The notes below the pieces were generated by a model. That model had not been told where the DNA came from. It saw only the letters and a program-made list of their open reading frames with translations, and ran no database searches. Shown one piece after another: positions 57,428 to 64,000 of a stretch of 64,000 nt of DNA (positions are counted from its first letter, which is position 1; the number at the start of each line of letters is the position of its first letter). The position numbers were made by a program, and so were the translations under genes. Origin of the DNA: Paracoccaceae bacterium (lineage in GTDB: Bacteria; Pseudomonadota; Alphaproteobacteria; Rhodobacterales; Rhodobacteraceae); the NCBI GenBank assembly GCA_019429405.1, contig JAHYIZ010000001.1, positions 44,035-108,034 on the forward strand, read 5' to 3'.

Positions 57428-59362
57428 ATGAGCCTTCCGCGCGACGAGATGGAATTGAAGGAAGAGGCGATCCGGGCGCATTACGCCGCCGCCGGCGCCT
57501 TGCTGGCGGGGTTCGACCATGCCCCGAGGCTGGCGCGCGCGGTGGCGGTAGAAACGGTGGCAGAACGCTCGCCCGGCATCGGTGCGCGGCCAAGGTTTCG
57601 GTCAACCACGCCGGGGCTGGTGACCCGCTCGGTGGCGCGCCCCGAAGGGGTGCGGTTGGCCGCGCGGGTGCTGGCGGTGGGGGGCGACGATCTGCCGGGA
57701 CCCTTGCGCGCATCGGTGGTGCAGGCCTTGCGCCGGGCGCTGGCGATCGCGCTGGCGGTAGGCGAGGAATTTGCCACCGCGACCGGTCTTGCCGAGTTGA
57801 AGAAAGCCAATTTGGAAGCGCGGCTGCCGGGGCAGCGAGCGGCCGAGTTTGGCGAGTTGCTGGCCGCCGAGGCGCTGGCGGTGCTGTCTGTCTTTGCCAA
57901 TGCCACAGCGTTTCTTCTGGCACCGCAGGCGGGCGAGGTGACGGTCGAGGTAGGGGCGGTTGAGGAAGTGCTGACCGACAATGCCCCCCTCGCGTTGCAT
58001 GGCGTGTTGTGGGAGTTGGATCAGGATATCGCCGCATTCGCCAGTGACGAGGCGCGGCTGGTGGCCGCTGTTCTGGCCTATGCCGAGCAGTTGATGGAGA
58101 AGGTGCGGCTGCGCGCCGAGGCGGCGCCGCGGCTGGGGGCCTTTACCGGCGCCAACTGGCGGGTGGCTGCGGACGATTTTCCGATTGCGGGCTTTGCCCC
58201 GGCGCGCAAGGCCAAAGGCACCGTGCTGACCATGGCGTTCAAGAAGCCCAATGAGGTGGTCGGCAACCACATCGCCAAATATCAGGCGATGCGGTTGGCG
58301 AAGATGCTGATGGCTTATGATTTTGAACGCCGGATGAACCCGTTTGCCGAGATGGGCGGCTTCATCTTCACCTTCATGGGGGATGGCAAGCCCGGTACCG
58401 GCAAGACCACGCTCATTCAGATGATGGCGGGGCTGCTGAATGAGTATTGCACGGTCGCGGGCTACCCGTTCCGCTACCAGAACCTTTCCATCGACAATGT
58501 CGACAGCTATCAGGGCAAGTCGGGGCAAAACGCCAAGGCTTTCATCACATCCGTCATGGACCCTGCGGTGATCGGCTTCGGCACCGTGGATGACATCGAC
58601 CAGGTTGCGGGTAAGCGTGGCGACCGCCAGTCAAGCACCGGGCAGCAGGAAATTACCGCGGTGCTGATGGAGGCTTTTGCCGGGGCAAACACCGTGGTGC
58701 GCGGCAACTGCACCTTTGGCATGTTCTCGAACTACCCCGAGAACGTCGATGACGCGCTGCGCCAGCGCGCAGGGGCGCGGTTTCTGGTCGACGGGCCGCA
58801 GAGCCGCGAGGATTACATTGATATTCTGGCGCTGCTGTTGGGGCGCAACCACACGATCCCGCTGGGCGATCACGACCTTTACGCCGCGCAGGAAATCCGC
58901 CGCGCGGTGGCCGAAAGCTTTGAGCGCCACGGGCGGCCGCAAGAGGCGGGCTTGGTGGCGGTCTGGCAGGCGGTGGAAGGGCGGCTGGGGCGGCTTGATA
59001 CGCTGGCCAAGCTCGGGGCGTATCTGAAGGCCATTCAGGAGGCCGACCCGAGATTCACCGGCCGCGCGATCAAGAACATCACCGATGCCGTCAAGGTACG
59101 GGCGATGGATTTTGAACTGCCCGATGAATGGATGGAAAGCCCCGAGTTGTTCCTGTTCCGCGACTATGACGCCAAGCGCGCGATGATCGCCGACCTGCGC
59201 CGCCCGATCACGGTCGAGATGGTGGTGCAGGAGATCAACCGCTACGCCGACAGCGAGTTCCGCTATGCCGACAAGTCGGACGAGGCGGCGATTGAGGGTG
59301 CGGTGCGGGATATGCGGCGGATGGAAGAGGCGAAGAAAAGGTATCTGGAGGGGCGGGGGTGA
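57428..59362 (+). CDS. AAA+ ATPase (classical clade) with about 290-aa unique N-terminal domain (system gene C)
   Basis: AGAGG lies 5 nt before the ATG. Walker A GKPGTGKT (58385-58408), Walker B GFGTVDD (about 58574-58594), and a sensor-1/second region of homology MFSNYPENVDDALRQRAGARF. Confidence 0.85.
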   Translation: MSLPRDEMELKEEAIRAHYAAAGALLAGFDHAPRLARAVAVETVAERSPGIGARPRFRSTTPGLVTRSVARPEGVRLAARVLAVGGDDLPGPLRASVVQALRRALAIALAVGEEFATATGLAELKKANLEARLPGQRAAEFGELLAAEALAVLSVFANATAFLLAPQAGEVTVEVGAVEEVLTDNAPLALHGVLWELDQDIAAFASDEARLVAAVLAYAEQLMEKVRLRAEAAPRLGAFTGANWRVAADDFPIAGFAPARKAKGTVLTMAFKKPNEVVGNHIAKYQAMRLAKMLMAYDFERRMNPFAEMGGFIFTFMGDGKPGTGKTTLIQMMAGLLNEYCTVAGYPFRYQNLSIDNVDSYQGKSGQNAKAFITSVMDPAVIGFGTVDDIDQVAGKRGDRQSSTGQQEITAVLMEAFAGANTVVRGNCTFGMFSNYPENVDDALRQRAGARFLVDGPQSREDYIDILALLLGRNHTIPLGDHDLYAAQEIRRAVAESFERHGRPQEAGLVAVWQAVEGRLGRLDTLAKLGAYLKAIQEADPRFTGRAIKNITDAVKVRAMDFELPDEWMESPELFLFRDYDAKRAMIADLRRPITVEMVVQEINRYADSEFRYADKSDEAAIEGAVRDMRRMEEAKKRYLEGRG

Positions 59363-59380
59363 TGGGTCGTGTCGATTTCT

Positions 59381-59431
59381 TGCCCGGCGGCACGCCGGGC
59401 AGCGCCCGCCCCGCCCCCCAGGGCGGGCGCT
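59381..59431 (+). other. two tandem GC hairpins between genes C and D
   Basis: TGCCCGGCG-GCA-CGCCGGGCA (59381-59401) and AGCGCCCGCCC-9 nt-GGGCGGGCGCT (59401-59431). No U-run follows. Confidence 0.6.
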
Positions 59432-59492
59432 TCACGCCCACCCTCGGGCCGGGCGCTGCCCTCATTGCATTGCGGCGACGAGCGGGGAAACC

Positions 59493-60848
59493 ATGAAGCG
59501 GCTGATCGAAAAGGGCCTGATGTATGGCAACCTGATCCGCGTCGACGCCCCGGCGCTGGTGGAACGCTACAACCGCGCGCTAAAGCAGCTTGCCGGGCGC
59601 CAGACCACCCTCACCGAATTCCACATCGACCTTGCGGGGTTCAGCCCCGAGGTGGCGGATGAGCTAGGCGACGCGCTCTACCTCAACCCCAAGGGCTGCA
59701 ACCGGCAGTTCATTCTGCTGACCACCGAGCAGAAGGAAGCGCCGCTGCTGAACGCGCAGTTTTCCAACTGGCGCAGCATCCTGACCCGCTTCATCGAGGC
59801 GAACGAGGCGCAACTGTTCAGCCTGACCGCGCGCGATGCGGTGGCGGGTGAGCTGGAGGATTCCGTCTACGAGGTCGATACCCCCGCCCGGCTTTTCGAT
59901 TTCAACCGCATCACAGTGATCGCCGATACCACCGGCGCGCATGTGGCCGAGGCGGCCAAGCTTGCCACCCTGATTGAGCGGTTCCGGCGTGAGCCCGATG
60001 CCTGGTGGGATGATGTGCTCATCGCGCAAATGATCGGCCTCGCCAAGAAAACCGGCGATGTTACGCGCCAGCCGGTGGTGCTGGGGTCTACCAGTTTCGA
60101 GACGCCCGATTTCTGGACCGCGCATTTCGGCGGGGTTTACCTCTTTCGCTCGGTCGAGCACCCGGCGGCAATCTCGGTCGGGCCGCGCGAGGGCTTGGGT
60201 ACGCTGCCCATTCGCCACGTCTTCGACCTGAGCCAGTGCAACGAGGTGGCGAAGTTTCTCGAAATCAATGGGCTGGCCGAACCCATCGTGCGGGCGCGCG
60301 GCACCGATGCTGGCGCGATCTTGCGGCAGAAGATGGATTTCATTCTGGTCGAGGCGGCGACGCAGTTGGGCCTGACCACCGGCGAGGGCACCACGCGGGC
60401 CGCCTTGCGCGCGGTGGCGCAGACCCTGGGCGCGCGGTTGCCGCAAGAGTTTCAGGGCCTTGCGGCGCTGTTGCGCTGGGTCGAGGCGGGCGGGCCGTGG
60501 CCCAAGCTCGACAGCCGCCATCCGGCCTACTTCTACAGCCTGCGCGCCACGCAGGGGCAAAACCGCGACCTTGTGAACATGCTGCTGGCCGAGCTTGCGC
60601 CGCTTGACGTGCGCCAGCTCTTCATCTGCCACAAAGAGCTTTACTATCGCCTCTACGCCACATGGCCCGAGGCCAAGCGCGCCTATGTGGCCGATTTTCT
60701 CGCCCGCGAATATCAGATAGACAAGGCAGGGGCGCGGGCGCAGCTTTTCGGCCCCGAGCCGGGCATGGCAGATGCGGCGCCCAAACCCGCGCTCGATGTG
60801 GTGGCGCTGGCTGGGCCTTGGGGCGCCGTGGGCAGGAGGCGCAAATGA
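59493..60848 (+). CDS. hypothetical protein (system gene D)
   Basis: ORF 59265..60848 trimmed to MKRLIEKGLMYGN, which avoids a 98-nt overlap with gene C. 451 aa with no motif recognised and no TM helix. Confidence 0.65.
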   Translation: MKRLIEKGLMYGNLIRVDAPALVERYNRALKQLAGRQTTLTEFHIDLAGFSPEVADELGDALYLNPKGCNRQFILLTTEQKEAPLLNAQFSNWRSILTRFIEANEAQLFSLTARDAVAGELEDSVYEVDTPARLFDFNRITVIADTTGAHVAEAAKLATLIERFRREPDAWWDDVLIAQMIGLAKKTGDVTRQPVVLGSTSFETPDFWTAHFGGVYLFRSVEHPAAISVGPREGLGTLPIRHVFDLSQCNEVAKFLEINGLAEPIVRARGTDAGAILRQKMDFILVEAATQLGLTTGEGTTRAALRAVAQTLGARLPQEFQGLAALLRWVEAGGPWPKLDSRHPAYFYSLRATQGQNRDLVNMLLAELAPLDVRQLFICHKELYYRLYATWPEAKRAYVADFLAREYQIDKAGARAQLFGPEPGMADAAPKPALDVVALAGPWGAVGRRRK

Positions 60849-61117
60849 TGGGACTGATCCGGGTTTTCCTTTTTGCAGCGCTCGGCCTGACCGTGGTTTA
60901 CTGGCTGCTGGCCATCTATTCCCGCTCGACCGAGCGCGAGCGGCTGGAAAAGAAATGGGATGCCGGCCCGCCCGAGGGCGCGCCCGACCGTGATGCCTTT
61001 ATCGAGGCGGGCATGGCAAAATACGAACGCAGCCTTCGGCGCAAGCTGATCTGGCTGGTCTACATCGTTCCGCTGACGGTGGTGGCGATCATCATCTACT
61101 TCGTGAACGTGCAATAG
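60845..61117 (+). CDS. two-TM miniprotein (system gene E)
   Basis: ATGA overlap with gene D. 90 aa with hydrophobic helices at about residues 4-25 and 67-86, flanking a charged loop. Confidence 0.6.
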   Translation: MMGLIRVFLFAALGLTVVYWLLAIYSRSTERERLEKKWDAGPPEGAPDRDAFIEAGMAKYERSLRRKLIWLVYIVPLTVVAIIIYFVNVQ

Positions 61118-61126
61118 GAGGTGCCG

Positions 61127-61804
61127 ATGTGGCGCTACATCAAATGGGGATTTCGCATCACCGTAGTGCTCGCGGTGTTTCTGTTCCTGCATTATACGCT
61201 GCCGCAGCACTCGATCGTGCGGGTTACCGGAACCTTCAACCGGTTGACCACCGTCGGCGCCAACTCCATGTTCTACGCCTCGCCTGACGCCGGCACCGCC
61301 GAGGGCACGCTGACCCGAGACATCCGCTTTATCGAAACCGTGCGCGCGAATGACAAGGTGATCGTCTTTCGCAACGAGGATACCGGGCTGATCTGGCCGC
61401 CCTACTTCAAATACGACAGCTCGAACCTGCAAGCCGAGGCGGGCAACCTGCGGTCGGACAAGGCCAACCCGCAGTGGGTCTCGGTCACGCATTACGGCTG
61501 GCGGGTGCCGTTTCTTTCGATCTACCCGAACGCGGTGGCGGTGAAGGCGGTGGCAGGGCCGGATGTGCGGATCATCCCTTGGGTCAATATCGTGGTGCTG
61601 ACCTTCCTTGCGATAGCGGCGCTGATGGTGCGGCGGATGTGGCTGCAATTTCGGGAACGGATGCTCGACCCGGTGGCGCAAGACGTGGCCGAGGCCTGGG
61701 ACGAGGTCGAGGACCGGGGCGAGGCGGTGGCGGGCAGGGCGCGCGGCATTTGGGGGCGGTTCATAGACTGGCTGGGCACCTTCCGGGGCAAGCCGAGGCG
61801 CTAG
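61127..61804 (+). CDS. DUF1523-like bitopic membrane protein (system gene F)
   Basis: AGGAGG (61116-61121) overlaps the gene E stop; the ATG is at 61127. An N-terminal TM helix (ITVVLAVFLFL), a roughly 130-aa beta-rich domain, a second TM helix (IVVLTFLAIAALMV) and a charged tail. Confidence 0.7.
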   Translation: MWRYIKWGFRITVVLAVFLFLHYTLPQHSIVRVTGTFNRLTTVGANSMFYASPDAGTAEGTLTRDIRFIETVRANDKVIVFRNEDTGLIWPPYFKYDSSNLQAEAGNLRSDKANPQWVSVTHYGWRVPFLSIYPNAVAVKAVAGPDVRIIPWVNIVVLTFLAIAALMVRRMWLQFRERMLDPVAQDVAEAWDEVEDRGEAVAGRARGIWGRFIDWLGTFRGKPRR

Positions 61805-61972
61805 GGGCGGCAGCATAACACGCGTATTATGACGGCTAACTCATGGTTTATGCTTGATAATCTGTTGGACGTTAAGGGTTTGTCAAGAACTTCGGAGGGC
61901 TGAGTGGTCGCGCGACCTCGGGGGGTAAGGCAAGCGTGGCGGCGTGTGGCACAACCCCGGAAAGGACGCGCA

Positions 61973-62452
61973 ATGGCGAGCGCAAAGAACTCGATCTGCA
62001 TCTGGTATGACACCGAGGCCGAAGCCGCCGCGCGCTTTTACGCCGCGACCTTTCCCGACAGCGCGGTGACAGCGGTCCGCCGCGCGCCAAGCGACTTCCC
62101 GTCGGGCAAGGCTGGCGATGTGCTGACGGTCGAATTCACGGTTGCGGGCATTCCTTGCATCGGGCTGAACGGCGGGCCCGGGTTCGCGCAAAGCGAGGCC
62201 TTTTCGTTCCAGATCGCCACCGATGACCAGCACGAAACCGACCGCTACTGGAATGCCATCGTCGGCAACGGCGGAAGGGAAAGCGCCTGCGGCTGGTGCA
62301 AAGACAGGTGGGGCATCTCATGGCAGATCACCCCACGCGCGCTGACCGAGGCCATGGCTGCCGGTGGCGATGAGGCCCGACGCGCGTTCGAGGCGATGAT
62401 GAAGATGGGAAAGATCGACGTCGCCAAGATTGAGGCGGCGCGAAGGGGATGA
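61973..62452 (+). CDS. VOC-superfamily protein (PhnB / 3-demethylubiquinone-9 methyltransferase-like domain)
   Basis: Trimmed to MASAKNSICIWYD. Contains FYAATFPDS...GLNGGP...FSFQI and CGWCKDRWGISWQI. Confidence 0.75.
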   Translation: MASAKNSICIWYDTEAEAAARFYAATFPDSAVTAVRRAPSDFPSGKAGDVLTVEFTVAGIPCIGLNGGPGFAQSEAFSFQIATDDQHETDRYWNAIVGNGGRESACGWCKDRWGISWQITPRALTEAMAAGGDEARRAFEAMMKMGKIDVAKIEAARRG

Positions 62453-62481
62453 TGTGGGGCGGGGAGGAAGGCCAAACATTC

Positions 62482-63438
62482 ATGCCCGTCTACCTGGACC
62501 AGAATGTGCTTAGTCGGTTGCAGCCAAAATCCCTTGGGCGCGACTCCCTCTTGGACTCCCTTCGTGAAATGGCCAAGAGCGGCGCGGTCTACGTCTATTC
62601 CTTTGTGCATGTCGCGGAAAGTCGGGCTTCGGGGCGGGCGGAAGTTTTCGCGGCAATCTTGGACGAAATCGATGCCTGCTTTCTTGAGCCCAAAAGCATG
62701 AATGACGCCGAGGTGACTCTTTCCCGATGCCGTGCGCGAGAAATGCTGCTTGCGGAGCATGGGTTCCTTGATGATGCAGTGCGAGGGATGGAAGTAATGC
62801 TCAAGCTGATCCAGTTTGCGCTTGGTTGGCTGGGGGAGTTGGAAGAACGGGTGCTGCTGGACGAGTTGCAGGCCGAAATCAACTCTGTTTGGGCGTCTTT
62901 GGGACGTGAACTGCCGGAGTCATGGAGGGCGAAGTTGGAGCCAGCTTGGCACGAGATGTCAGATACCATTCAAGGTCTCCCACTTCATCAACTTCGCGCC
63001 GAAGGCCGGGCTGAGCAGCGTTCGCTTCGAGGATTGCTGCCAAATAACTACGCACAGCTTGACGAAAAACCCTCTGAAACGGCGGCGTCCTTCATTTTCG
63101 CGCGATTGGACGAGAACGAGCGGAGGAAGATCCAGGAGGTCTTTCCGCTCGGGTTCTGGTCAGAAATCGAAAAGCGCGAGGATGGGCTTCTGGCCGGATT
63201 CTCCTTTATGCTCTTCATCCACGGGCTTGTCAGGGACAGGCGGACGAGAGCGAAAGGGCGTGATCGCCGCGAGAAGCATTTTCTTGGACAGTTTCGTGAT
63301 TGCCAGCACATAGAAGCTGCGACCTGCTGCAGAGCTTTTGTGACTTTTGATAGCGGGGCGGCGAGATTGGCAAAGGCAGCGTATGCCTACGCCGGAGCAA
63401 CCACCGAGGTCATTCATCTGACAAGTCAAAATCCATGA
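62482..63438 (+). CDS. orphan protein with PIN-like terminal signatures
   Basis: GGAGGAAGG lies upstream of the ATG at 62482. 318 aa with N-terminal VYLDQNVLS and C-terminal H..AA.C.AFVTFD (63337-63351). The lines I counted are 55-58% GC. Confidence 0.5.
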   Translation: MPVYLDQNVLSRLQPKSLGRDSLLDSLREMAKSGAVYVYSFVHVAESRASGRAEVFAAILDEIDACFLEPKSMNDAEVTLSRCRAREMLLAEHGFLDDAVRGMEVMLKLIQFALGWLGELEERVLLDELQAEINSVWASLGRELPESWRAKLEPAWHEMSDTIQGLPLHQLRAEGRAEQRSLRGLLPNNYAQLDEKPSETAASFIFARLDENERRKIQEVFPLGFWSEIEKREDGLLAGFSFMLFIHGLVRDRRTRAKGRDRREKHFLGQFRDCQHIEAATCCRAFVTFDSGAARLAKAAYAYAGATTEVIHLTSQNP

Positions 63439-63598
63439 CAACAATATGGATTTCGGGCAGGACCGGGTTATGAGATTTGCGGCTGAATGCACGGGCGGGC
63501 GGAAAACCAAAAGCCAGTATCTTAATGCAAACCCCTGCGCCAGCCGCGGCCCGACTGTCGAACGGCGGGCAAGGGCGGCCGTGCGGCATGCACCCGCC

Positions 63599-64000
63599 TC
63601 ACCCCCGCCTTGCCGCCCGCGCCACTTTCCGCGCCCGCGCCAGCGTGTATAGCCCGCTGGCGATGATGATGGCGGAACCGATCAGCATCGGGGTGTCGGG
63701 GCGTTCACCGAACACCAGCACGCCAAGGCCAAGCGCGAAGATCAGGCGGGTGTAGCGGAATGGCGTGATGACCGAGACCTCGCCCATCCGCATTGCCGCC
63801 GTGAGGCCGTAGTAGGCGGCGACCCCGAACAGCGTGGCAAGCGCGAGGCCCAGCAGTTCGGGCGGGGCTGGCAGGGCGCCACCACCGGTGAAGGCCAGCA
63901 TCGCGGCGCCGGTGGGGATCAGCATGACAAAGCCGTAGATGCCGAGCTGCACGTTGCTGAGCACCGGGGCGGCGGCGCGGGTGGCAAGGTCGCGCCCGGC
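63599..64000 (-). CDS. EamA/DMT family transporter (C-terminal part; gene runs off the window)
   Basis: A hydrophobic, EamA-like C-terminal half. The reading frame is still open at the window edge. Confidence 0.65.
   Translation of the reverse strand, partial: AGRDLATRAAAPVLSNVQLGIYGFVMLIPTGAAMLAFTGGGALPAPPELLGLALATLFGVAAYYGLTAAMRMGEVSVITPFRYTRLIFALGLGVLVFGERPDTPMLIGSAIIIASGLYTLARARKVARAARRG

Noticed and set aside
56318-57520. 400-aa minus-strand ORF overlapping gene B and the start of gene C
   Set aside because: It is Arg/Pro/Gln/Gly-rich with an antisense-type composition. It would run against an otherwise uniformly plus-strand, tightly coupled operon that has good ribosome-binding sites.
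59265-59492. Upstream extension of gene D as given in the ORF track (start 59265)
   Set aside because: The extension overlaps gene C by 98 nt, spans the two GC hairpins and translates to Arg/Gly/Pro-rich sequence. The Met at 59493 begins normal protein-like sequence.
1-64000. Search for CRISPR arrays, rRNA/tRNA genes, integrases, transposases and prophage modules
   Set aside because: I saw no regularly spaced direct repeats. No intergenic gap contains a recognisable tRNA cloverleaf or rRNA-like sequence. No ORF has integrase, transposase or phage-structural signatures. This was a visual scan only, so small RNAs could have been missed.

Overview
This is a high-GC segment (about 63% in the flanking line I counted) of an alphaproteobacterial chromosome, most likely Rhodobacterales. 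Supporting markers are an Mcl1-type malyl-CoA lyase of the ethylmalonyl-CoA pathway, phbAB, the divergent rpsU/COQ9 pair and a TIGR02302-like protein after lysA. I call about 66 protein genes. I recognised no rRNA, tRNA, CRISPR array, transposase, integrase or prophage module.

Most of the window is housekeeping: argH-lysA, ftsEX, plsC-like, accA, pyk, rpmI-rplT-pheST, mscL, ald/lrp, rpsU and gabD. There is also one peptide/amino-compound catabolic island at 43.2-55.0 kb, with a P1 peptidase, two SDRs, an ALDH, an Opp/Dpp-type ABC transporter and an M20 peptidase.

Stand-out observations:
1. A six-gene, translationally coupled operon at 55156-61804: a coiled-coil (possibly TelA-like) protein, two large proteins with no motif I can name, a classical AAA+ ATPase with a long unique N-terminal domain, a 2-TM miniprotein and a DUF1523-like bitopic protein. 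It matches no characterised system I know and is my best candidate for an undescribed membrane-associated machine.
2. A 446-nt AT-rich gene (33-43% GC) inserted seamlessly between pheS and pheT.
3. A family-5 solute-binding protein fused to a C-terminal mono-haem cytochrome c domain (CAACH).
4. A lower-GC orphan with PIN-like terminal signatures.
5. A DUF2267-like gene broken by an in-frame TAG.
6. A dispersed GC-rich intergenic repeat family, including one perfect 22-bp-stem palindrome.

All product calls come from reading the translations. No database search was run.
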